A stretch of 64,000 nt of DNA from Chrysomallon squamiferum. Its lineage: Eukaryota > Animalia > Mollusca. The position numbers were made by a program, and so were the translations under genes. The notes beneath the pieces are model-generated. The model was given only the letters and a program-made list of their open reading frames with translations, did no database searches and was not told the origin of the DNA. Where the stretch lies: positions 3,844,001 to 3,908,000 of the forward strand of contig CM022666.1 of NCBI GenBank assembly GCA_012295275.1, given 5' to 3'. This document shows, piece by piece, positions 30,781 to 43,321 of the stretch (the first letter of the stretch is position 1; each line of letters opens with the position of its first letter).

Positions 30781-31505
30781 CAGTATACCCTCACCTGTTC
30801 GCGGTTCCCCATTCGCGGCCCCGCATATTCGCGGGTTAGGCTCTTAACCCTATCGCATCGTATGCTGGTATACCAGGCGAGCGTCATAACGTCATAAAAA
30901 CAAATGCTCGGTAAACCGCACAAACAATATCAAATTTTTTCAATTATTATTGCAATACAGTACGTATTTTTTTATAAATGCATACACTGTATGTACAGTG
31001 CATATTTTTTGTGACCGTGTATTAATAATGTTTTTAATTGCATATTATTACTGAATTGTATTATTATTACCTGAACTGTGCGTACTGTATTTATCTGTCT
31101 GTTTGCCTTTAAATTTGTTCCACTTTCTGTCAATTCTAATACATATGTTGTACGCATAGAAAATGACTTTACGGTACAGTAATACTGTATGGGTAACTAT
31201 GCTATGCGGTGTTACTGTCCTCCTGTACTTACGTTTCTTTCTGATTAAAATATTGTTTCAGTACAAAATTAAAATGCGTTTACATTATCATTACTACATT
31301 AGTGAAATACATAACTGCATGCAATATTACTACATTATTACTGTATTAATGAGTAAGAGTGTCTTTAGAAAGTGTTTGGGAAGCATTTAGTACCGTATAT
31401 AATCTCATAATAGACGTTTTAAAACTGCATCCAATATTCGCGGTTTTTCGCTATTCGCGGGGGGGGGTAAAGAACGTAACCCCCGCGAATAGCGAGGGAA
31501 TACTG
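30781..31505. mobile_element. Tigger/pogo-like non-autonomous element (MITE), 725 bp
   Basis: Left end CAGTATACCCTCACCTGTTCGCGG; right end reverse complement CAGTATTCCCTCGCTATTCGCGG; TA on both flanks (30779-80, 31506-07); internal ATTCGCGG subterminal repeats. Confidence 0.88.
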
Positions 31506-31569
31506 TATATGTCTGTTGATTCTCCATTGTTTATCAAAGATCACGTCACAGAAATTAGGCGATCTTTCG

Positions 31570-31604
<35 letters not shown>

Positions 31605-31844
31605 CATTCAGGGTTGTTTCCGTTCACTTTTTCATTCATTCATTCAATATTTATTATTATTAATTTAGTACTTTGTAATTTTTAAATTAAGCATGCATAT
31701 TACGTTTATTTGCTCGATCTTCAAGTAATAATTTTATATCCTTTTATGTCGCTGTTTCTTTCTTTTTTTAATTTTAGGTAATCTAATTTTAATTCAAAAT
31801 GATAAAAATTTGTTCTCAAAATAATAACAGTTTCGTAAAATTAA

Positions 31845-31953
31845 CGAACAGTCCGGAAGTACACGTTGCGAAGCAGTTCATGACGTCATTAATCGAAGCT
31901 TAGAAATATGTATTATGCTGCAAGTTTATTAGCGTTATTTAACTTACAAAAAG
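31845..31953 (+). promoter_or_regulatory. Promoter and probable non-coding first exon of the acidic secreted-protein gene
   Basis: CCGGAAGT 31853-31860, TGACGTCA 31881-31888, donor AAG/GTATGG at 31953/31954. Confidence 0.6.
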
Positions 31954-32535
31954 GTATGGGTTTTTTTGTTTGATTTTCTTCTTCATTTCACTCTCTTTTT
32001 TATTATGTTCGTAACAGGTGTACAATTTGAAAGTGATAATTTATTTGATCATACTTTGTTTAAATCTGATTGAAGACGTATAGACTATAACTCTTATAAT
32101 CTTATAATCTTATAGACTATAATCGCTTATAAATTAAATTTAATAATTATATTCGATACCTGCGAAGTTTGGTCAGCATTAAATTAAATAAACTACAAAT
32201 ATATTCTTGATAATATTATATCCGACAAATTATATCCGAATTATATAGTATTTTCTTATATTACAGCAGAAACTTTAATGGAACAGTATATAATTATATT
32301 TGTTAAACCACCCGCTAAATTTATGACACTGGAATATAAATTTCACCTCAATAAATTGAATAATATTTACGATAACCTAAATAAATTTTGGAAGTATTTC
32401 AGTCAGCATAGGGATATCAAAATATTGAGAGTTAGAAATAAAATGGAAATTAATTTATTCATTTTATTATTACTAAATAGTCCTTTTCCTTTCTTTCTTT
32501 TCCCGAAATGTGAAGATTTACTGCATATTAGTTAA

Positions 32536-34606
32536 ATGAAGATTTACTGCATTCTGGGGTTTTTCATTCTTCTGATGAAGATGTGCTTTTGTGCACCAGT
32601 CAGAAAGGTATAAATAAATGAACTAAACATTACAGTTACATATACACTCACATGTAAATAAATACAAACATACTCACATTTGTACATAAGTAACACATAT
32701 ACACACATATACATACACACAAACATAGCTATCAAATATATGGTACAGCCATACAGATACAAAATGGAACCTCACACACATTAAATAATGGTGATGATGG
32801 TGATGATAATTACAAAACTTTATTCATAGATAAATATGGAAGAAAAGCACACAGATATTTCCACAAAGAAAAAAAAAATGGATTACATAAAGGAAAATAT
32901 CTTTCTACATAAACTGTTCAGACCAGTCCAGGATTATGATACTGGTGTACTGCCACAAATTGAAAAAATAGGTAAACATGTTCATGTTCATATATTGAGT
33001 CACCTTCTTTGTTTTCCCGTTCAAACCATTAATTGTCATATATATTTTTCTCATCATTTCTAAATGCATTTAAAAAACTCTTGTGTTGTTAGTGAGTCTG
33101 CCAAGTGTGATGAAATCATTTTTTTTTCTCATCATTGTATAATAACCCATTGTTTGAGCTGCCAATAAATATTTATTAATTTGTCAATTAATTCTTTTGT
33201 GTCTGTGTGTGTAATCTGGCTTTTTTTTTTTGTTCTTTACCGACATTGACACATACATGTATATCAGTACATTCACACAATGCATATAAAACATTTTAGC
33301 ACTTTTTAATAAGTGATATTTGATCATGGGATTTCACTTTGCATGTGACTGAAATATATAACAAATATACATATTCTGAAAGGTGAACAAAATGGCACAT
33401 ATGTGGCTGAATAAATAAATATATGTACAAATATCTATATACTTTTTTTTTTTTTTTTTAAAGTGCTGTGAACTTTCTTTCCAACAAAATACATTTTTTT
33501 CTTCTACTATAAAAGTTTGTTCTCACTGATGTTTAAGTCTGCTTCCTGTGTTCCATTGTTTCAGAGTTCCTTCAACAATTTAAATATCACAAATAATTAA
33601 CCAACTAATGAAAAACTGAGAATAAAACAAAGACTGTTATCTGCAAATTGAAAATAAAACTCTAAGTTTATTTAGAGAAACGTATTTACATAATACTGTT
33701 CAACTGAGACACAATAGAATATTTACACTAAATAGGAGACAAACTGTAGCATTTGACTTAACATGAAAACCAGCAGTTTCTTACACTGTAGTGTTTCTGT
33801 TTGAATTTATTTATTGTAGAAGACAAGACAACAAAAAAGCCTGATATTAGACATAAAGGATACGGTGTCAAAGAAAACAGATCTGTAACTGAACAGAAAG
33901 CATGGGATGCTGTAAATGGAAAATCGCCCAGGGAAGCAAATACATCAGAAGCCAAGCACATTAAACTTCCCAGGAGGAAGCGTAATCTCAACCTCGATCT
34001 GGATTTAGATTTCAATTTTAAAAGCCCTTTCCTCATGCCTCTTGATTCTTTCAGTGAAAATAATAACTCATTCTTCAAACATCATGATGATGATGCTGCT
34101 GAAACTGCTGGTGGTGGTCTCAATCCTATCACAGACATCTTGAGGGACATTCCCAAACCTTCCATGTCTTCAGACGATGCTGGCACTGGAGGAAGTTTCA
34201 GCAATCTCCATAGTTCTGTATCGCCTGGTGGGTTTAACCCCAGTGATGCCTCTAACCAACATGTCATCCAGATCTTGCCAGCAGATTGGCGTGGAGGAGC
34301 CGCAAACCAGAAGCACATAACCATTCACCACGAGAATGACGGGGAAGCTCAGACCCACCACGTTGTGCTGGTCACTTCAAATCAAAACGAGATTCAGCAG
34401 TTTGATGATGATCTGGATGACAGCCAGAAGAAACTGGACGAAACGGAGAATGAGCTGAAAAGGATGCTGTCGGACATAGTGAGACAGATACCAGACGATA
34501 ATGAAAATTCTCATTTTGGCGATCGTGTTCTTAATTTTAATTTTGGTGATGTTCTTGGTGATCGTGATAATGTGCACAGAGAACACAATGATGAATTTAG
34601 TCATCC

Positions 34607-34663
<57 letters not shown>

Positions 34664-35283
34664 TGGTGATCATGATGACGATAATCCTGATAATGCTGAT
34701 GGTCTTGATGATGATAATGATGATTATGACGATGATGATCTAGATACATATGATGCTGTGTTATCAAAAATGAAAATGGGTGGTGAGAAAATGACAGTAA
34801 GGGAGATGATGAACCTGTTGGATAGTATGTAGCCATTTTGTATTTCATAAAATTTCCTCATATTTTTATATTGAAAAGTTACTGCCAGTATCTGTGATGT
34901 ATTTCATGATACATAATTATTGCATGAAGGTAAATACCACTGACAGGTTTTAGGCTACTTTTAAAATCAGAAGATACTTATTTATGAAACAAAATATTAT
35001 CAGACACACACACACACACACACACATACATGTATATGAATATTCCCTAGTTGTTGAAATTATTTTTACTATTATCAGTGTTATTAATTTATAATTTATT
35101 ATTTGTCATAAGTATAATGAAAGAATAATATATACTTAAATATTTTATTTTATTATATTTTTTATAATATTATTTTTATTATATTATTTTTCTCATTATT
35201 GTTATTATTGTCATTATTGTTATTATCATCATAATCATTATTATTGTCATTATTATTGTTATTATCATCATAATCATTGTTAT

Positions 35284-35316
<33 letters not shown>

Positions 35317-36044
35317 TAATGTTATTATTATTATCGTTCACAGGTATAATGAAGGAACATCCAACATCAAAGATGAAGATGGACAAAAATTTGGTTATGA
35401 AAGCTGAAGATGAAGAGATGTGGACAGCAGACACCCACCTGTTTGATGGGCTCCCACTGTTTGAAGACCTTGGAAGTGGCATCCACGCACGGGAGAAAGC
35501 CCAAAGTAAAATCATCCACCCACTGAACATCCTCTCTGATATAGGAAACGAAGAAGAGAACGCTAAAAACAACGACGTTATGAACGACCTTATTTTGTCG
35601 GTTGCCGCTCTTGAACATGTCTCGCCTCACCTCAGCCACTCAGGTGGTGCAGATAATGCAAATGTAAAGATATCTCAAGCATCGGCTGATGGAACTGAAC
35701 AGAATATAGCGGATATTGCCACGCAGAAAGACAGAACAGCGGTTCACATCTCTCACCAGCATGGAAGTTCTCAATCCAGTGTCGACTGGAGGACCAGGCT
35801 CTCAGAACTGACCAGCAACATAAACAAGGATGAAGAAGAAAAAGAAAAAAACAAAAACGAATTCACTATAGAAGTCGATGATTTTGATTTTTCTAAAATC
35901 AATTTTGAAGGATTCGGGTTGGACGATGAAGTCAAGAAGGAGAAAAAAGAACTGGGATCAGAAATTACCAAAACGCTTGAAGACCTTGCTAAGCAGAAAG
36001 CTTGGGAAATGGCCCAGCAAAGGGAAATTCAGTCACCGTCCTGA
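32536..36044 (+). CDS. Uncharacterised secreted Asp/His-rich acidic protein, 639 aa
   Basis: Exons 32536-32607 (MKIYCILGFFILLMKMCFCAPVRK, signal-peptide-like), 32830-32971, 33820-34824 and 35344-36044 join in frame via GT-AG (phases 0, 1, 1; total 1920 nt). RRKR site; ~17-residue poly-Asp tract at ~34608-34658. Confidence 0.8.
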
Positions 36045-37865
36045 GATAAAGGCAAAAGAGAAAAAGGTTTAAAGCAGAACGGTATTCACTATATACTAAT
36101 TGATTCACCCATCTCTGAATTATGTATTAGCTGGGCTGTTTAAGAAATTGTGACAGATTTTAAGTCCAAGAGAAAACACAAAGGAACTGCAGCATAAAGC
36201 ATATAACAGGAACCAAGAATAAAGGGTTTTTTGGGGGGACAAAGTAACCAGAAAGAGCTGGCTCAAATAAATGAAAGATACGACAACAAGGAGCAAGTAG
36301 TCAAGAATAAAGAGCTTATATTACCAAACAGTAGAATGAAAAAAGGAGTTTCTAAGACATAATAGCAGCAAAAAGATAAAATAAGCTTTTAAGACCAGGC
36401 AGTAGGCTAGAATAAAGAGCTTGTAGTACCTGACAGAAGCCAGAAATAAGATACAGCATAAGCCAAGATTAAAGAGCCTCAGAGATTTGTCAGTAGATAA
36501 GAACAAAAGTTTTGTTGTAGCAACATGTAGCCAGAATTGAAGAGGTTCTAAGACATAAAAGTGGTCAAGATCAAGGAGTTTGTTTGAGGTAACAATAACC
36601 AGAAACAGCAACATGAGTGAAGGATAAGATGAAAAGGAGCAAGCAGTGACAGTCAGTGTTACCTGAGAAAATATGAACACTATAAATAATGCCTTCACAT
36701 GGACTTGGTTTTGAGCAAAGGTCTCAAAATGTAAACATTACTTAATTCAGAAAAACACTGGATTGAACTGTTGTTATTAAATAAACACTGACTTTGCATG
36801 GATGGAATGAACCATCATTAAAATTGGATAAAAAAATTTATAATTTAACGTGACATTTTATATTTTCAACCAAAAATGTAAGAAGTCAAAAAGTCAAAAA
36901 TTGCATAAAATGTTTAAACTTTGTATTTGTGGTTTGTTTATGTTATTTATTTACTAGAGTAATAATAGATCTAGCATTTATTATTATAAATATTGTTAAA
37001 ACTATTATTTGCTATATATATTATTTACTAAAAGTCATAAAAATGCCTTGTTACTGGAGTTGATAATTTTTATACTGATGAACCAGCAAACCTTGGACAA
37101 CTTATCCAGCTATTATAATTCTTGATTCTTCCCCAGCCAATGTACAGTATGATAGATGGAAACAAAGTTTGTATTTTCTACATGAGTATTTTAAATTGCA
37201 GTGAAATATAGGAAGTTTTTGCTCTTTAGAATCAATTTTTCAAAGAACAAAGGAATACGACAACAACAACAACTTCAATAAAATTTTATTTATTTGTTAC
37301 ACAGATTTTAAAATATCACAGATGATCTTATTTTTTTAATAAAACAGACCAGTAATTAATATTGAAAACAAAATCACAAAAAATAATTTTGTTAAGGCCA
37401 CAAATTTTATCAAAAAGACCGAAATAAAAGATGTTATGATATAAAGTGGTTTCATTAGACAAAATGAGCAAATTAAAAATTCAGGCAAATGAAACTTTTA
37501 AACACATGTTTCTAGATTCAGTTAATCTGTCAGAATACTGAAAATATTTTGCCTGTTTCATTGTCACAACAGTGATACAGTACGTTTATTAATAAAAGTT
37601 ATATCATAATTATATCAATATACAAAGAACAGTGGTTTTAGCTTTCTCTATGATAAACAGCAGTAATAGTTTGTAATGTCAGATGAAAAAATATGGCGCA
37701 TTTTCCTGTGTTAATACAAAGAACTTTAAAGAAATGTCCATTAGAAAAAGTTCCTCCAATTTAGAGTTTCTATTTTATGGTTTGCAACAGATTCATTTTC
37801 TATGTAAGATCGTGAAGATTCTGGTATTTGCCTATTGTCTTTCCTGAGTTTTAGAAAATGAGATT

Positions 37866-39070
37866 CTATCCTTGCTTGCTTGTCGGTACCTCAAATTTTT
37901 CAATTGAGTCTAAAACTGAATTGAAGTTTGAAACTGAGTCATGATATAAAGTATTCTCAATAGAAGAAGCTACTGCATTTGCTAGTTCTATTTCTGCAAA
38001 TTTCAAAATTCTTGCTTCTTCTGCTTTTATTGTCATTGCTGTGATTGTTGAAGTTACTGATGATGATGCTACAGCTGTTTCTTGCAATTCTGGTGGATCA
38101 TCTGATGCTGATGCTGCAGCTGTTTCTTGCAATTCTGGTGGATCATCTGATGCTGCTTTTGCAGATGCTGTTGCTTTTGCTGTTGAAGATGTGTCTGACA
38201 GTGACGTTCTTTGTGTGTGGTCAAAAGATTCAGAAGGATATTCAGATGAAGTAGGTCGGTTGTATTTCTTTGAACAAATCACTGAATGATATGGCCAATC
38301 TTGTTTCTGACACATACTTGAGCAGTAGTATGTCTTAAAAAAAATTAAAAAATGGTTTTGATATCATTTGAAACATGCAGAGTGGTAAATTTATATAATA
38401 ATTTCTGATGTAATTGTTTAGTTTCTTAAGATAATTTTAAAAAAAGAAACATATTCTACACTGATTTTTATAAAAAATTGAATATATAAAAAAAAAGACT
38501 ACACAAAAATAATACCATCATCTATCAACAAATTGGATTTATGTTGTCAATCCAATCATCAAAATGAGAATCTTTTATTTTTATTAATTTAATTCAATTT
38601 TTTAAATAATATATGATGTAGATATACCATGCTAATAAAATGTAACCTATTTGTTAATCCGTTAGCAAAAACATAAGAACACAACATGGATACAAGATAT
38701 GTGCACACGCACACGCACACACACACACACACACACATTCACATAAATACATATATGTATGTGTGTGTGTGTGTCTGTCTGTCTGTCTGTCTGTGTGGTA
38801 CATTACCTTTAAACATGCTGCACATTTCTTCAGCTTCAGTTTTCTCTCATTACAGTTTGGCACTAGGTAGCAACAGGCACAAAAATATTTCATGGCATTT
38901 TTTCTCTGATAACGGATAAACTCACAGTCTTCAGCATGTTTCGGCCAGTCCTTCTGCCAACATTGTTCAGAACAATATATGTTTGTAAAACATCTGCAGC
39001 AGACTTTGGTTTGTTTGACTTTTCGCTTGCAAGAACAGCATTTTTTCACATTGTTTGAAGCACTGTACAT
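37866..39070 (-). CDS. Double MYND-type zinc-finger protein, 243 aa
   Basis: Exons 38807-39070 and 37866-38333. Two C-x2-C..C-x2-C..YCS-x2-C-x4-W-x2-H-x3-C motifs (CSEQCWQKDWPKHAEDC; CSSMCQKQDWPYHSVIC), followed by a Ser/Ala/Thr-rich tail. Confidence 0.85.
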
Positions 39071-39234
39071 AATTCTGCCAAACAAAAGGAAAAAAAAATG
39101 AATCAATAGATTCATAAATGAAATAAACAGAGATGTATTCTTCTCATACAAACATGCATGAAAACACGTTTGTCTGTATAAAGAGAATGAAAATTAATTC
39201 TTTTAAAAGAAGAAGAAAAAATCAAAAAGACCTA

Positions 39235-39536
<302 letters not shown>

Positions 39537-40119
39537 CAGTGTGTGAATGTATCCATAATATATATAAAAGATATATACAATCTAGGATTAATCTAGGACT
39601 TGAAACTGAATAATAAATTTAAGTGTTAAGCAGCAGTTAACACTGGACCACATAAGTCCATGTGTTATCCACAGTGATCTTCTTACAAATGTAATTTGTT
39701 ATTTATTTATCATGTACCGTGAATATTATTTTAGTTCTTATCGAATAAACTCAGTTCGATTCAACAATGAATTTTCAATACTATAGTTTCAACTTTCACT
39801 TTCTCATTTGTCAATTCAATAGTCAACGTACACTTTAATCGTTAATGTTATAATCTAAATCGATATTTTAAAAGATTCGGTACAAAATTATGTATAATTA
39901 TATTTTTTAATACCTCTCTGTTCGTATGATAAAAAACTATAATATTAAAAAATTTAACAAATAAGGAAGTATTCAAATTATCCAAAGCGGAAAATGGGAA
40001 TTCCAGTGTCATCGGCGAATACCCGTGGCCAATATTATTTCCGGAACGAAATAAATGTACTGACAAGACAATATGTAGATTATGCATTGTGAAATTAAGT
40101 TAGAAAGGTATTGCAGTTT

Positions 40120-40380
40120 GAGTGACATGCAGAGGTCTGATAATGCCCGGGGCCAACTCATTGATTATACAATATGCACCAAAGACTCAAGTATAAGGCC
40201 TAGTACTGAGAAATATTATGAGAAAGGAAGCTATTTTTAAACATAAAATAAACACTTTATTCGATTTAAATATAAATCAACCAAATTTATTAATTTCTTT
40301 TATCTGATTGGATGCCGTCCTCTCCGTTTTTTTTGGATGCCCGGGCACCGCCAATTCGGCCTCCCCTCTGCGAGCCACTG
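40120..40380. mobile_element. Degraded non-autonomous DNA element (hAT-like ends)
   Basis: GC-rich ends with repeated ATGCCCGGG; right end CCTCTGCGAGCCACTG with a weak inverted match GAGTGACATGCAGAGG at left. Confidence 0.4.
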
Positions 40381-40475
40381 TGCAGTTATCTGCAATTGCT
40401 GAAAATAAATATATCATCAGCTATTAGTATTAAGGATATTGTGCTTATTATGTTTATGTGCATCATCATCACCAT

Positions 40476-40520
<45 letters not shown>

Positions 40521-40874
40521 AAGTAGTAGTAGTAGTAGCAGCAGTAGTAGACGTAGTAGTAGTATGTGTTTATGTTTATATAAAACGTATTTCCTAATTA
40601 GAGTTTTAGTTCGCATTTTATATTAAATAACTCTTTTGGAAATGAAAAATACTAAAATGGTAGCTAAAGACATATTCAAAAATCTTATTCTCATTCGTAA
40701 AATATAAATTTAGATTATTAATTTTGAAATATTTGAAATAATAAAATTTATCCATTATATTTGTATATTTAACAATTTTTTTCTGTGAAAGGTTAGAAAT
40801 ATTTGTTAAAAAAAATTATAAATGCGAATAAATGCTCGCTAGTTTTGTAGTATATTGTTTATTTGCAATCCAAC

Positions 40875-42898
40875 ATGGCAGCCATAGTTGAAGATACTGT
40901 AGACAGCGCTGACTTAAAGGCAAGCATAATTAAATATCATTATCATAACAACATTCTTATAGCAGAATGTTACAGATTTAAAATCTTAACAAATTTTATT
41001 ACTAAAAAAATATATATTGTTCTAATTCTAGTTGATTTATCAAATCCAAATAGTGAAATAGTTCAAATACGAAAATCCAAAATTCATTAATAATAATACT
41101 ATTAATAGTAATACATTTTCTTATTTATATTGGATAACTTAATTTTATATCATTTAGGCAGTTCCGATTACTATCAATGAACGTTTCATTCACAATAAAT
41201 TTTAATTTAAATTTGATTTTGATTAGCCTTGATTTAAAGTAGCGCTGTTATAATTTTTTGTAAATTTACAGGAAGTGGCCAAATTAATAATTTTATAGTC
41301 ATGATAAACAACAAGAACAGGATGTAGACAGTAATGATTGTTAAATAAACCTGTGTAGGTTTTCAGCTAATTGCCATCAGTTATTACCATTACCAGTAAT
41401 CACTACATTTCCGAGATGATCAGCAAGTTGATTGGTTACTCCAAATTTATAATAATAATACTAGTATACTGATATATTTTTATAATATTATACTGGTATA
41501 GGCAGTAAAAAATGTATTTGATCAAAAAGGAATACAAATACTGAAATAGTCTAGATGTTGTTATTTAACTTACTGTTGATTTCCTTATTATTTATTAACA
41601 TATTTTAAATCTTGTTATCACTTCTGTCACTAATATTTTTATTTTATTTTATTTTTTTTGTAGGTGTTATTTATACTAATAATAGATTACATTGGATTCT
41701 TATTCTTATTTTACTAGAAATTTGAACTCCAGTATCATGATCAAGCAAGAAAGGGACCAGTTAGTGAGAAGGCTCAGTTTGATTATGCTTGGTGCTTGGT
41801 TCGCAGTCACTATCTTGAAGATATGAAAAGGGGTGTGGCTTTGTTAGAAGGTATATCAGTGAATTCCTAAATATTAGAAATCTTGATTACTAGTTTGAAC
41901 AAATATGTGATCATTCAGTATTAGTATTAAGAGAAAAGATGTCAGATTTTTTTTTTTTTTTCATTAACAATAACAGCAATGGCTTTTACATGTATTTAAT
42001 TTATTCATGACAACATGAATGTATATATGTATCTGTGTGTGTGTGTGCAAGTTTATTATATTTTATTATTATTCTTTTTTTATTAGTAGTATTATTAATT
42101 TAATTTTTTTATTTTTATTGTTATGATTTTTCTTTTAAACGTTTTTTTTTTTTTTTTTAGATTTGTTTGCAAGAGCCACTGATGAAACGGCAAAGAGAGA
42201 CTATTTGTTTTACATGGCTGTAGGATACACCAGAATAAAAGTAAAAACACTCGTTTGATAGCTAGTCCGTTAATTACCTTACGCAACTTTGAAATGTGAC
42301 ATTTATTTTTACCACCAGTTTAACATGTTTACCATTATGTTTACATTCATTTTAATATGTTTTCTATTCTATCGTATGATTGTTTTTATTTATTTATAGC
42401 AAGCAGGTTATGTTAATAATAAAAGTATACCAACAAGAAAAAAAAACAAAATGTATGGAAGTGTATGAAGATGTAGTTTAGTATCAAATTTGTTCATTTA
42501 AAAAAATGTAATGGTTGGTCAGCCTGTTATGCTGGTTTTTAATATTGTGTACAAAATGTGCGGAAAATTTGAAGAACTAGAATACTTATTTATTTGTACA
42601 CCCTTATTTACACAGAAACTATTGTACCTGTAAATATGTACATCCACATATAAACATAATCAAATGCAGACATCTCCAATGGACACAATAACATTCATTT
42701 ACTAGCAACATGCACATAATGACATATACAAATCTATTCATACCAGCAGAATTAATTTATATTTTTACATTTATTTACACAGGATTATGAACCAGCACTG
42801 AATTACATAAAGGCAGTGTTGAAAATTGAACCAGCAAACAGACAAGCAAAGGAGCTGGAACATTACATTAAAAAAAAGATGCAAACAGGTGAGTACAA

Positions 42899-42976
<78 letters not shown>

Positions 42977-43321
42977 TATTTACAGTTTACCTATGTTCAT
43001 TGAATTGTGTACTTAAATTATACAGTCATATTTGAATAACTTTGCTGCAAAGACTAAAACTGTAATATTTATTTATTTATCTATTGTTTGTTTAAATTTG
43101 TTTCCAGTTATCATGTTGATTTGCATCTTTCATTTTGGAGGTGGTTTTTTTAACCCCAAAATTTGTTATTAATCATAACATTCGTACTGTTCTATAATTA
43201 ATTTCATGCTGATCTGATTTCAGAGGGATTGCTGGGAATGGCCATTGTAGGGGGCGCTGCTGTTGCACTTGGGGGACTGATTGGACTTGGCATAGCCGCA
43301 GCAAAAAATCTGAAACATTAG
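40875..43321 (+). CDS. FIS1: Mitochondrial fission 1 protein, 153 aa
   Basis: Exons 40875-40919 (MAAIVEDTVDSADLK, GC donor), 41718-41850 (KFE..QFDYAWCLVRS), 42161-42240 (RDYLFYMAVG), 42783-42888 (EPANRQAKEL), 43224-43321 (GLLGMAIVGGAAVALGGLIGLGIA tail anchor plus basic end). Confidence 0.96.

Noticed and set aside
31908-31953. MYYAASLLALFNLQK as coding exon 1 of the acidic protein
   Set aside because: A phase-1 join to 32830 hits a stop; the signal-peptide exon at 32536 fits better, so this is treated as UTR/uORF.
34377-34848. Poly-His, poly-Met and poly-Ile ORFs
   Set aside because: Alternative frames and antisense of the (GAT)n poly-Asp tract in the real gene.
35277-35343. Poly-Leu 'signal peptide' at the start of ORF 35277-36044
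   Set aside because: Intronic (TTA)n repeat; the exon starts after the CAG acceptor at 35344.
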